Below are positions 36,567 through 45,972 of a stretch of DNA of 47,555 nucleotides, in pieces. The notes beneath the pieces are model-generated. The model saw only the letters and a list, made by a program, of their open reading frames with translations, was not told the origin of the DNA and did not search any database. The first letter of the stretch is position 1, and every line of letters begins with the position of its first letter. The position numbers and the translations under genes are program-made. This DNA comes from a bacterium (GTDB taxonomy: Bacteria > Actinomycetota > Acidimicrobiia > Acidimicrobiales > Bin134), in assembly GCA_026709815.1 (NCBI GenBank), contig JAPOSH010000044.1, forward strand, positions 1 through 47,555. Direction: 5' to 3'.

Positions 36567-39275
36567 TCAGGAGCAGCCGGAGGTGGCGCCGCAGCTGGGG
36601 CAGGCGTGGCAGCTTCCGGCCCGGACCATGAGGATCCCGCAGTCAGAGCAGAACGGGGCGCTGGCATCCAGGGGGCGCCGGCGGGTGAAGGGGGACGGCG
36701 GGTCGGGCTCCACGATGTCACCGGGCACGGTCACCGGCACCTGCTCTTCCACTCCGGGCAGGGTCGGCTGGCTCCGCTCGTCAGTGGTGTAGACCCCCAG
36801 CCCGAACCGTTCGCTTTGGTCGAGGTACTCCACCGCCAAGCGCCGGAACAGGTAGTCGATGAGGCTGGTGGCAATGCGTATGTCGGGGTCGTCGGTCATC
36901 CCGGCCGGTTCGAAGCGCATGCCTTTGAAAGCATCCACATAGGCCCGCAGCGGCACCCCGTACTGAAGGCCGTGGCTCACCGCCATGGCGAACGCGTCCA
37001 TGGCCCCGGCCAGCGTCGAACCCTGCTTGGACACCCGGATGAATATCTCGCCGGGGCTGCCGTCCTCGTACTCCCCGACGGTGGCGAAGCCCTTGCAGTC
37101 GGCCACCCGGAACTCGAAGGTGCGGCTGGTGCGGGACCGGGGCAGCCGACGGCGCTCCGGCTGAGCTGGCGCCGGTGCCGAGTCCGGGACCGGAGCGCCC
37201 GATACCGACAGGGGTTGGCCCAGCTTGCAGCCGTCCCGGTAGACGGCCAGAGACTTGACGCCCATTTGCCAGGCGTCCACGAACAGCTGCTGGATCTCCC
37301 CTGCAGTGGTGCTCTCCGGGACGTTCACCGTCTTGCTGATGCCCCCCGAGAGCCACGGCTGCACCGCGGCCATCATCTTCACATGGCCGCTGGGGGAGAT
37401 CACGTTGTCGCCCATCGAGCAGGCGAACACCGGCAGGTGGGCGGGGTGCAGATGGGGGGCGCCCACTATGGAGCTCCGTTGGTGCACATAGGCCTCGATG
37501 TCAGCGGCTTGCTCCGCGGTGTAGCCCAAGCGGCGCAGCGCCCGGTCGACCGTCCGGTTGAGGATCGGCATGGTGCCGCCCCCCACCAGCTTCTTGGTCT
37601 TGACCAGGCCCAGGTCGGGCTCAATGCCGGTGGTGTCGCAGTCCATCATGAACGAGATCGTGCCGGTGGGGGCCAGCACCGTGGCCTGTGAGTTGCGGAC
37701 GCCGACCGCGTCCCCCCACTCCACTGCGGCATCCCAGGCCGACCGAGCCGCATCCAGCACCCCGGTGGGCACCGGTTCGGCTTCCAGCCTGCTCAGCGCA
37801 TCCCGGTGCATTCGCAGCACCCGCTGAGTGGGCACCATATTCTCCTCGAAACCCTCGAACGGTCCGAGGCGTGCGGCCATGCGACCCGACGTCTCGTAGG
37901 CCACCCCGGTCATCAGCGCAGTGACGGCGGCGGCCAGGCCCCGGCCCTCATCGGAGTCATAGGCCAGACCCAGGGCCATGAGCGTCGCCCCCAGGTTGGC
38001 GTAGCCCAGGCCCAGCTGTCGGAACCGCCGGGTGGTGGCGCCGATCTGCTCAGTGGGATAGTGCGACGGACCGACCAAGATCTCCTGGGCCAGGGTCATC
38101 ACTCTGACTGCGGCGCTGAAACCCTCCACGTCAAACTCGCCGCCGTCGCCGACGAACGAGAGCAAGTTCAAACTGGCCAAGTTGCAGGCCGAATTGTCCA
38201 GGTGGAAATACTCCGAACAGGGGTTGCTGGCGGTAATCCGGCCCGTTTCAGCCGCGGTGTTCCACCGGTTGATGGTGGTCTCGAACTGCACCCCGGGATC
38301 GGCGCACTCCCACGCAGCCTCGGCGATCTGGGCGAGAAGCGACCGGGCCGACATCGTCTCCAGCACCTCGCCGTTGGTGCGGGCAGTAAGTTGCCAGTCT
38401 TCGTCGTCGACCGCCGCCGACATGAAGGCGTCGCTGAGCCGCACCGAGTTGTTGGCGTTCTGGTACTGGATGGAGTGGACATCGGCGCCGTCTAGATCCA
38501 TGTCGAAGCCCGCGTCGCGCAACGCCCGGGCCTTGCGCTCCTCAACCGCCTTGCACCAAATGAACACGGCAATGTCGGGGTGGTCGGCATCGAGCACCAC
38601 CATCTTGGCCGCCCGCCGGGTCTTTCCTCCCGATTTGATGGTGCCCGCGGAGGCGTCCGCGCCCCGCATGAAGCTCACCGGGCCGCTGGGGGCGCCTCCG
38701 CCGCTCATCTTCTCCTGCCGCGACCTGATCCGGCTCAAGTTGACGCCGGCACCTGAGCCGCCCTTGAAGATGCGGCCCTCCTCGCCGTACCAGTCGAGGA
38801 TCGACTCCATCGTGTCGTCCACCGCCAGGATGAAGCAGGCCGACGACTGGGGTACCGCGTCGGGAACCCCGAGGTTGAACCACACCGGCGAGTTGAACGC
38901 GGCGCGCTGGCGGACCAGCAGCCAGCGGAGTTCATCGGCGAAGATCGCCGCCTCCTCGGGTTCGGCCAGATGCCCTGAGCCAACACCCCAATCCACCAGC
39001 GTGTCCACCACTCGATCGATCACCTGACGAAGAGAAGTCTCTCGCTCCGGGGTCCCGAGACCCCCGCGGAAGTACTTCTGAGTCACGATGTTTCCTGCGT
39101 TGACCGACCAGACCACCGGGAACTCCACATTGCTCTGCTCAAAGGCCACCTCGCCGTCCGAGCTGGTTATCCGGGCGTCGCGGCGGTGCCACTCAACCTG
39201 GTCATAGGGGTGGGCATCGGCGCGGCTGAAGTGGCGGCTCAGACCGATCCTGGTGCAATCAGATGCCAGAGCCAT
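36567..39275 (-). CDS. nrdJ: Adenosylcobalamin-dependent (class II) ribonucleotide reductase with TSCPD domain and C-terminal Zn ribbon
   Basis: FNSPVWFN, SACFI, SNPCSEY, CNLASLN, APTGTIS, GISKTVN, YRDGCK, CPSCGATSGCS; RBS aaggag before ATG 39275. Confidence 0.95.
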   Translation of the reverse strand: MALASDCTRIGLSRHFSRADAHPYDQVEWHRRDARITSSDGEVAFEQSNVEFPVVWSVNAGNIVTQKYFRGGLGTPERETSLRQVIDRVVDTLVDWGVGSGHLAEPEEAAIFADELRWLLVRQRAAFNSPVWFNLGVPDAVPQSSACFILAVDDTMESILDWYGEEGRIFKGGSGAGVNLSRIRSRQEKMSGGGAPSGPVSFMRGADASAGTIKSGGKTRRAAKMVVLDADHPDIAVFIWCKAVEERKARALRDAGFDMDLDGADVHSIQYQNANNSVRLSDAFMSAAVDDEDWQLTARTNGEVLETMSARSLLAQIAEAAWECADPGVQFETTINRWNTAAETGRITASNPCSEYFHLDNSACNLASLNLLSFVGDGGEFDVEGFSAAVRVMTLAQEILVGPSHYPTEQIGATTRRFRQLGLGYANLGATLMALGLAYDSDEGRGLAAAVTALMTGVAYETSGRMAARLGPFEGFEENMVPTQRVLRMHRDALSRLEAEPVPTGVLDAARSAWDAAVEWGDAVGVRNSQATVLAPTGTISFMMDCDTTGIEPDLGLVKTKKLVGGGTMPILNRTVDRALRRLGYTAEQAADIEAYVHQRSSIVGAPHLHPAHLPVFACSMGDNVISPSGHVKMMAAVQPWLSGGISKTVNVPESTTAGEIQQLFVDAWQMGVKSLAVYRDGCKLGQPLSVSGAPVPDSAPAPAQPERRRLPRSRTSRTFEFRVADCKGFATVGEYEDGSPGEIFIRVSKQGSTLAGAMDAFAMAVSHGLQYGVPLRAYVDAFKGMRFEPAGMTDDPDIRIATSLIDYLFRRLAVEYLDQSERFGLGVYTTDERSQPTLPGVEEQVPVTVPGDIVEPDPPSPFTRRRPLDASAPFCSDCGILMVRAGSCHACPSCGATSGCS

Positions 39276-39345
39276 CAGCACTCCTTACAGGAATGCGCCT
39301 CGAAAGGGGGCATTCCACCTTGGCGGGTCAACGGTTTCGATTGAG

Positions 39346-39506
39346 GCTGCGGCATGAGCGGCCAGGTCAAAAGGGCCTCCGAATAAGGCATGTCTTCACC
39401 AGACACGCCAGCCTGGACAAACGCCGGGCTGAACCCCTCAAGGAGTCGCCTGAACCCCACTTTGGTTGTCGGCGCCAACCACCATTCCGGACGCTCACGC
39501 CGCAGC
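39346..39506 (-). ncRNA. Candidate structured RNA in the nrdJ 5' leader
   Basis: 15-bp closing helix (39492-39506 with 39346-39360) enclosing four hairpins; G-U pairs favour the minus strand. Folded by eye only. Confidence 0.55.
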
Positions 39507-39628
39507 GGTAGATCACGGTAGATGATGGTGCCTGTGGACGGTAAGGAGGACAAGGGGGATTCCCTGTGGATTTCGCGTGAATATCCCAAGACGTGCCGGG
39601 CTAGCCTGCCTGCTACCGTCGCGCGCCG

Positions 39629-40363
39629 GTGGATCAGCTGTTCCCTCGGTTCGTCTCGGACATCGATCCGGTGGCGGTCTACGCCTCCGACAGTCGGCCT
39701 GCACGCCCCGACCGGCCGTGGCTGATGCTGAACATGGTCACCTCTCCGGACGGCGCCACCTCGATCGACGGCGTCTCGGGGGGCCTGTCGAGCCCCGAAG
39801 ACCGCCAGGTGTTCGCAGCCATCCGGGGGGTGGCCGATGTGATCCTGGTCGCAGCCGAGACCGTGCGCCGGGAGGGCTACGGACCGCCGAAGACGGCCCC
39901 GGCGGCGGTCGCCGCCCGGACGGCCCGGAACCAAGCGGCCCGGCCCCGCGTGGCAGTGGTGAGCGCCTCGCTGGATCTGGACTTCACCGCCCCGGTATTC
40001 CAAGACCGCCCGCCTCCCCTGGTGCTCACCGTGGAAGCGCCCCCGGCCGACCGGCTGGCCCAGGCTGAGTTGGCGGCCGAGGTTCACCGCACGGGCATCG
40101 ACCGGGTGGATCCGGTTGAGGCGATGACCCGAATGCGGCAGACAGGAGCTGAAGTGGTGCTGGCCGAGGGCGGACCGAGCCTCAACGGCCAGCTCCTGGC
40201 TGCCGGACTTCTGGATGAACTGTGCTGGACGATCTCGCCTGCGCTGGCGGGCGGCGAGTCCACCAGGATGGCCGACGGCGCGCCACCCCTGCTTCAGCGT
40301 CTTCGGCTGGAGCGGATACTGGTCCACGGCCACACCCTGTTCTTGCGCTACCTCCGCCACTGA
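39629..40363 (+). CDS. RibD C-terminal domain / pyrimidine reductase family protein
   Basis: NMVTSPDG, ADVILVAAETVRREGY, EGGPSLNG.L..GLLDELC. Confidence 0.88.
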   Translation: MDQLFPRFVSDIDPVAVYASDSRPARPDRPWLMLNMVTSPDGATSIDGVSGGLSSPEDRQVFAAIRGVADVILVAAETVRREGYGPPKTAPAAVAARTARNQAARPRVAVVSASLDLDFTAPVFQDRPPPLVLTVEAPPADRLAQAELAAEVHRTGIDRVDPVEAMTRMRQTGAEVVLAEGGPSLNGQLLAAGLLDELCWTISPALAGGESTRMADGAPPLLQRLRLERILVHGHTLFLRYLRH

Positions 40364-40367
40364 TCGC

Positions 40368-40664
40368 CTATCGACCGTCGGGGCTTACCGGCAGCGCGGT
40401 GTCGCCCACGACCACGTATCCCGGCTGCGGCTGGACATGCCCGGCGGGGTTCTCCGGAGACAGCGCCCAGCCGAATTCTGCGGCCAGAAGCGAGCTGGCC
40501 CACAGCGCCAGCAAGAAAAGAGCAGCAATCAGCGTCCGGCGGAACCAGTACACCGATGCAGGCCGCCGGGGGGTGACAGGAAGGCGGCGCCGCGTCGGTG
40601 CGCCATTGGGAACCAAGGCCAACGCCGGGCGGGCTTGGGGGTGGTCGTACAGGGGTAAAGCCAT
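40368..40664 (-). CDS. Small membrane protein resembling a LysM-type (ChiZ-like) protein with truncated LysM
   Basis: VYWFRR plus TM helix, then YVVVGDT (start of LysM YVVxxGDTL) shortly before the stop; lies between hflX/dap genes and nrdJ. Confidence 0.55.
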   Translation of the reverse strand: MALPLYDHPQARPALALVPNGAPTRRRLPVTPRRPASVYWFRRTLIAALFLLALWASSLLAAEFGWALSPENPAGHVQPQPGYVVVGDTALPVSPDGR

Positions 40665-40745
40665 GCGACCATTCTCCAGACGACGGTGACAGTTTGTGTA
40701 AAAACCCCCGTCAAGCTGGACTTTTGCGAATTTCAGGGATGTTTT

Positions 40746-41810
40746 TTACCCGCTGGTGAGGAGCGCCTTGAGGGTGCTGTGGTAAGCCTCTAGCGCGGTT
40801 CGGGCCACCCGCTCTTCGGCAGTGTGGGCCAGGGTCGGGTCGCCGGGCCCGAAGTTGGCCGCGGGGATGCCCCGTTCGGCGAAGAAGGCCACATCGGTCA
40901 ATCCCAGCTTGGCCCGGATCTCGAGGTTGTGGCGGCCGACAAGTTGTTGCAGCACGGGATGGCTCAAACCCGGCGGCGCCGCGGGGGCTCGCTCGACCAC
41001 CTCGAAAAGATCATCGTCGCCCAGCGCGGGGGCGATCAGCGCTCGAAAGGCGGCTTCGGCGGTTGCCGCGTCTTGATCGGGGGCGAATCGGTAGCCCAGC
41101 GTCACCCCGGCGCGGTCGGGCACCACGTTGCCCGCCACGCCGCCTTCGACCGCCACCGCCTGAAGCGACTCCCGATACTGACAGCCGTCGATCACCGGTG
41201 TGCGGGGCTCGTAGGCGTCCACCAGCGACAGCAGCGGCCCCAATCGGTGAATGGCGTTGACCCCCATCCAGGGCCGCGCGGTGTGAGCGCGCAACCCGGC
41301 CAAGGTGACCACCGCCCGCAGCACCCCCTGGCAGCCGGCTTCCACCACTCCCCCTGAGGGCTCGCCCAACAAGGCGACGTCGGCGGCGAGCAAATCGGGG
41401 CGAAACTCGAACAGCTCGCGCAGTCCGTTGTCGGCTATTCGGACTTCCTCGCGGGCGTAGAAGAGCCAGGTGACGTCCACTGCCGGTTCGTCCACCGCGG
41501 CGGCCAGGTCCAGCATGACCGCCAGCGCCGACTTCATGTCGGCTGCTCCGAGACCCCATACCACGTCGCCCTCTATTCGGGCGGTGGCGTTGCCGTTGGG
41601 GGGGACGGTGTCGGTGTGGCCGCCGACGAGCACCCGAAGGGGCCGGCCCAGCTCGGTCCGGGCCACCAGGTTGTCTCCCACCCGTTCCACGACCAGTCCG
41701 GGCACCGACCGCAGCCGAGCCTCGATGAGGTCCACGATGGGCTGCTCCTGATAGGACACCGATGCCACGTTGATCAGCTCGGCCGTCTTGGCCAAAAGGT
41801 CAGCAGTCAC
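40746..41810 (-). CDS. dapE: Succinyl-diaminopimelate desuccinylase
   Basis: GHTDTV, GAADMK, REE, GEP, AHTARPW.G.NAIH, TDVA, GPGDP.LAH. Confidence 0.93.
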   Translation of the reverse strand: MTADLLAKTAELINVASVSYQEQPIVDLIEARLRSVPGLVVERVGDNLVARTELGRPLRVLVGGHTDTVPPNGNATARIEGDVVWGLGAADMKSALAVMLDLAAAVDEPAVDVTWLFYAREEVRIADNGLRELFEFRPDLLAADVALLGEPSGGVVEAGCQGVLRAVVTLAGLRAHTARPWMGVNAIHRLGPLLSLVDAYEPRTPVIDGCQYRESLQAVAVEGGVAGNVVPDRAGVTLGYRFAPDQDAATAEAAFRALIAPALGDDDLFEVVERAPAAPPGLSHPVLQQLVGRHNLEIRAKLGLTDVAFFAERGIPAANFGPGDPTLAHTAEERVARTALEAYHSTLKALLTSG

Positions 41811-41821
41811 GGCCCTGCTCC

Positions 41822-42658
41822 TCAGGTCGTGGCGCCGTGGTCTCGGAGCACATCGTTCAGCTGGGCCTTGTCGTGACGTTCGCCGGGCGCCAGGTGGCGA
41901 ATCACGAGTACGCAGGGCATGCCGAAGGTCCCTCCGTCGAAGACGCGGGGGCGAGTGGCCGACACGGCTACCGTCCAGTCGGGGACCACGCCGCGTCCGA
42001 GCTCCTCGCCGGAGGCCGCGTCGATGACCGGAATTGAGCCGGTGAGCACGCAGCCCGCCCCGAGCACCACACCGTCGCCCACCCGGGCGCCGTCAGCCAC
42101 GATGCAGCGGCTCCCGATCAGACAGTCATCGCCAACGATGACCGGCGCGGCTTGAGGGGGCTCCAGCACCCCGCCGATGCCGACCCCGCCCGAGAGGTGG
42201 ACGTTGGCCCCGATCTGAGCGCACGAGCCCACCGTGGCCCAGGTGTCAACCATGGTGTTGGCCCCCACCCGGGCGCCGATGTTCACGTAACTGGGCATCA
42301 TGATCACGCCTCGGTCCAAGAACGATCCCCAGCGGGCCGACGCGCCCGGCACCACCCGCACCCCGGCCGCCTGATAGCGGCGTTTGAGGGGTATCTTGTC
42401 GGCGTACTCGAACGGCCCCAGCTCCACGGTCTCCATCTCGGCCATGGCGAACAGCAGCAAGATGGCCTGTTTGAGCCATTGGTTCACCACCACTTCCCCG
42501 TCGTCGCCCACCTCGGCCACCCGGGCTGCGCCAGCGTCGAGCAAGCCGATGGCCTCCTCCACAGTCGCCCGGGCCTCGGGGTCGCCCCGATCGATGGGCG
42601 CCCGGTCGACCCACAGCTCCTCGATCCGGGCTTGCAGATCACTCATGCTCTCAGCCAT
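41822..42658 (-). CDS. dapD: Tetrahydrodipicolinate N-succinyltransferase
   Basis: NQWLKQAILL, DKIPLK, RVVP, MPSYVNIGA, DTWATVGSCAQIG, GGVLEP. Confidence 0.94.
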   Translation of the reverse strand: MAESMSDLQARIEELWVDRAPIDRGDPEARATVEEAIGLLDAGAARVAEVGDDGEVVVNQWLKQAILLLFAMAEMETVELGPFEYADKIPLKRRYQAAGVRVVPGASARWGSFLDRGVIMMPSYVNIGARVGANTMVDTWATVGSCAQIGANVHLSGGVGIGGVLEPPQAAPVIVGDDCLIGSRCIVADGARVGDGVVLGAGCVLTGSIPVIDAASGEELGRGVVPDWTVAVSATRPRVFDGGTFGMPCVLVIRHLAPGERHDKAQLNDVLRDHGATT

Positions 42659-42727
42659 TTCTCCCCTGATGATGCCATTGGCCCCCTTGGAGGCTGTCGA
42701 CGACTGCGAAAGCGCTCATGGCCGCGC

Positions 42728-43864
42728 TCATTTCCCCACGGTATCGCCGCGCCGAGCAGCCATACGTTGTTCTAGCAAGTCAATCCGGGATTCGGGGGCC
42801 ACGGCGGCCACCCGGATGTGGCCGGACCCAGACGGGCCGTAGAACTCGCCGGGGCTGACGAGCGCTCCGATCTCGCCGGCCGCCCGGCGAGCCAGTGCCC
42901 AGCCGTCGCCGTCGGGCGCCGCCACCCACAGATACAGCCCGCCGCCGGGAAGGGCAGCCTCGGGGTCATAAACCGAGAAGATCTCCCGCAAGCGGTTCAG
43001 CCGAGACCGATAGACGGCCCGCTGAGCATCGACGTGGGCGTCGTCTCCCAACGCGGCCGCCGCCGCGGCTTGCACGGGACCGGGAACCATCATCCCGGCG
43101 TGCTTGCGGACCTCTGACAAGTAGCCGACCAGATCGGGGTCGCCGGCGTAGAACCCGGCCCTGATCCCGGCCAGATTGGACCGCTTGGACAGGGAGTAGA
43201 CCGCCACCACCCCCGAGGCGCCATGGTGCAAGATGCTGGCAGCGGCGGCGCCCCAAGTGAACTCGATGTAGCACTCGTCGCTGAGCACCGGCACGCGGTG
43301 CTCCCTGCCCCATTGGGCGATGGCCGCCAAGTCTTCGAGACCACCGGCGGGGTTGCCCGGCGTGTTGACCCACAGGCACAGGGAGCGGGCGGCATCGTCG
43401 GGATCAATGGCAGCCAGGTCGAGGCGCCACCGGCGATCCACCGGCACGGCCACCGCCCGGCAGCCGGCCAGAGCCGCTCCCATGGCGTAGGTGGGGTAGG
43501 AGACCGCCGGGTACAGCACGGTGTCGCGGCTTAGATCGCGCAGGTGCAGAAAACGGGGCAGCGAAGCCACGAACTCCTTGGTGCCCACGCAGGCGGCCAC
43601 CGCGGCATCGTCGGCCTCGATCCCGAACCGCCGGCTCAGCCAGCCCATTGCCGCATCCCGATAGCGGCGCGACCCGATCGACGCCGGATAGCCCCGCTCC
43701 GCATTCGAAGCCGACAGAGCAGCCACTGCCTCCACAGGGGGCGGGTCGGACGGCGCCCCGATGGACAGGTCCACGCAGCCGCCTTCGAAGCCGTCAGCCA
43801 CCGCCCGCAGTTCATCGAGCCGGTCGTAGGGGTATGGCGGAGGAATGAACCCGCCTGCTACCAC
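42728..43864 (-). CDS. dapC: Succinyl-diaminopimelate aminotransferase (class I/II)
   Basis: PPYPYD, DLSIG.P.DP, GTKE, YPTY, NTPGNP, SDECY, SLSKRSNLAG.RAGF; adjacent to dapD/dapE. Confidence 0.9.
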   Translation of the reverse strand: MVAGGFIPPPYPYDRLDELRAVADGFEGGCVDLSIGAPSDPPPVEAVAALSASNAERGYPASIGSRRYRDAAMGWLSRRFGIEADDAAVAACVGTKEFVASLPRFLHLRDLSRDTVLYPAVSYPTYAMGAALAGCRAVAVPVDRRWRLDLAAIDPDDAARSLCLWVNTPGNPAGGLEDLAAIAQWGREHRVPVLSDECYIEFTWGAAAASILHHGASGVVAVYSLSKRSNLAGIRAGFYAGDPDLVGYLSEVRKHAGMMVPGPVQAAAAAALGDDAHVDAQRAVYRSRLNRLREIFSVYDPEAALPGGGLYLWVAAPDGDGWALARRAAGEIGALVSPGEFYGPSGSGHIRVAAVAPESRIDLLEQRMAARRGDTVGK

Positions 43865-43868
43865 GGCG

Positions 43869-45179
43869 TCACCCCACTACCCACTCGGACAACCGAGAAG
43901 CCGACGCCGCGTCGAGGCGAGCCTGCACCCGATATCCCTGCTCATCGGGGTCGGTGGCCAGCACATGGCCGGCGCGTTGCACCGCGGCCAGCACCTCACC
44001 CCGGGCATAGGGCACGCGCAACTCGACGATGATCCCATCGGAGCGCAGTTCGTCGGCCACGGCGGCCAGGAGCTTGTCGGTTCCCTCGCCGGTGGCCGCC
44101 GAGACCATGACGGCGCCTTTGTTGACTCCTGGGAGGATGCCGCGACCGGCCAGCCGATCGCACTTGTTGTACACCAGCAACTCCGGCACTGCTGCGGCCC
44201 CGATCTCCCGCAGCACTCGGCGCACGGCGGCGATGTGAGCGTCGGGGTCAGGGCCGGAGGCGTCCACGATGTGCAACAGCAGGTCGGCCTCGGCCACCAC
44301 GTCGAGGGTGGAGCGGAAGGCCTCCACCAGCTGGTGGGGAAGCTTCTGGATGAAACCGACGGTATCGGTGAGCAGCACCCGCTCCCCGCCGGGCAGATCG
44401 AGGCGCCGGGTGGCGGCGTCGAGGGTGGCGAACAGTCGGTCCTGCACCAGCACGCCCGAATCGGTGAGCCGGTTGAGCAGCGTGGACTTGCCTGCGTTGG
44501 TGTAGCCGACGATCGCCACTGCGCTCTGGGCCGAGCGGCGGCGGCTCCGGCTCTGCACGCCGCGGTTCTTGGCGATGTCTTGGAGTTGGGCCTCCAGTTT
44601 GTGGATGCGCCGCTGGATGCGCCGCCGATCCACCTCCAGCTGGGTCTCTCCCGGTCCCCGGGTGCCGATCCCGCCCGCCTGCTGGCTGAATCCCCGACCC
44701 CGCCGCAGTCGGGGCAGCCGATAGCGGAGCTGGGCTAGCTCCACTTGGGCCTGGCCTTCTTGGCTGCTGGCATTCTGGGCGAAGATGTCGAGGATCACCG
44801 CGGTTCGGTCGATGGCCGTGCGGCCGAGAATCTTCTCCAGGTTGAACTGCTGGGCCGGGCTCAGCTCGTCGTCGAACACCACCGTGTCGGCGTCGACCCG
44901 CTCGCACAGGGCCAGAATCTCGTCGGCCTTGCCCTTGCCGATGTAGGTGGAAGGATCAGGAGCGCGGCGACGCTGGACCAGCCGCCCCACCTCGTCAGCC
45001 CCTGCGGTGTCGACGAGCTGGGCCAACTCGTCGAGGTCGGCCCCGGTGCGGGTCGGTTCGCGGCCGCTGAGGGCCACCCCCACCAGCACGATCCTCTCCC
45101 GAAACGCCCGTTCGATGAAGGCGCCCGACTCACCGCCGTGAGTCCCGAATCCCCCTCGGTGCGTCTCGCTCTCAGTCAC
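43869..45179 (-). CDS. hflX: GTPase HflX
   Basis: YIGKGK, ILDIFAQNA, GPGETQLE.DRR, GYTNAGKST, LFATLD, DTVGFI, NKCD; GTG at 45179. Confidence 0.95.
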   Translation of the reverse strand: MTESETHRGGFGTHGGESGAFIERAFRERIVLVGVALSGREPTRTGADLDELAQLVDTAGADEVGRLVQRRRAPDPSTYIGKGKADEILALCERVDADTVVFDDELSPAQQFNLEKILGRTAIDRTAVILDIFAQNASSQEGQAQVELAQLRYRLPRLRRGRGFSQQAGGIGTRGPGETQLEVDRRRIQRRIHKLEAQLQDIAKNRGVQSRSRRRSAQSAVAIVGYTNAGKSTLLNRLTDSGVLVQDRLFATLDAATRRLDLPGGERVLLTDTVGFIQKLPHQLVEAFRSTLDVVAEADLLLHIVDASGPDPDAHIAAVRRVLREIGAAAVPELLVYNKCDRLAGRGILPGVNKGAVMVSAATGEGTDKLLAAVADELRSDGIIVELRVPYARGEVLAAVQRAGHVLATDPDEQGYRVQARLDAASASRLSEWVVG

Positions 45180-45972
45180 AGTCCACCGTCGCAATGAACT
45201 CCGCTGGGCCGAGGAGGAACACCGGATCGCCCAACTCCACCACCACGTCTCCCCCTGGCATGCAGACTCGCACAACCGGGCCCGCCAACCCCCAGCGGTG
45301 GGCGGCTTGAGCGGCGGCGCAGGCCCCGGTCCCGCACGCCTCTGTCACCCCCACCCCCCGCTCCCACACCCGCAGGTTGATGCCGTCGGGCATGCCGCTG
45401 ATGAACTCCACGTTGATTCCCCCCGCCAGCCGGGAGAGCTCGGATCCGCTCCGGGCTGCATCGACCTGATGAACGTCTTGCACCCCGATGACCAGATGAG
45501 GATTGCCCACGGTCGCCGTTGCGAACTGATCGGCGAACCCGTGATGGCGGAGATAGCGGAGAACATCCCCGTCCCCAAGTTCCGGACCGGTGCTGACGGG
45601 GCCCATATCCACCCGAGCCTGCACTACCGCGGGGTCATCGGTTGCGGTCACGCTCACCGTGCGCACACCGGCGTCGGTGCCGATTCGGAGTGCTCCGTCA
45701 AGGCTTGCCCCTGCCTGGACCAGTGCCTGGGCCAGACAGCGAATTCCGTTGCCGCTCATCTCCGCCCGGCTCCCGTCGGCGTTGAACAGCACCATGGCGG
45801 CATCGGTGCTTGCGTCGGAATTGCCCGGCAAGGCGAGAATCAGGCCGTCGGCGCCTACTCCCCGATTGCGATGGCACAGCCCCCGGGCCAGCGATGGAGC
45901 ATCGTCGGGTAACACATCAACCGACCCGACCAAAAAGTCGTTCCCCAAGCCGTGGTGCTTGGTCAACCGCAT
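45172..45972 (-). CDS. dapF: Diaminopimelate epimerase
   Basis: MRLTKHHGLGNDF, GADG, NADGS.AEMSGNGIRC, GNPH, INVEF, WERGVG.T.ACGTGA. Confidence 0.94.
   Translation of the reverse strand: MRLTKHHGLGNDFLVGSVDVLPDDAPSLARGLCHRNRGVGADGLILALPGNSDASTDAAMVLFNADGSRAEMSGNGIRCLAQALVQAGASLDGALRIGTDAGVRTVSVTATDDPAVVQARVDMGPVSTGPELGDGDVLRYLRHHGFADQFATATVGNPHLVIGVQDVHQVDAARSGSELSRLAGGINVEFISGMPDGINLRVWERGVGVTEACGTGACAAAQAAHRWGLAGPVVRVCMPGGDVVVELGDPVFLLGPAEFIATVDCD

Noticed and set aside
36567-39275. Intein or intron in nrdJ
   Set aside because: Normal length, contiguous motifs, and no intein splice-junction or homing endonuclease motifs seen.
39346-39506. MITE (15-bp inverted ends), 6S RNA or cobalamin riboswitch as the identity of the nrdJ leader structure
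   Set aside because: No target-site duplication or second copy in the window; multibranch rather than rod-like; no B12-box (GCCACUG/GGGAAG) motifs seen.
39454-39530. Possible NrdR boxes upstream of nrdJ
   Set aside because: Only weak partial matches to acaCwAtATaTwGtg, with no properly spaced tandem pair.
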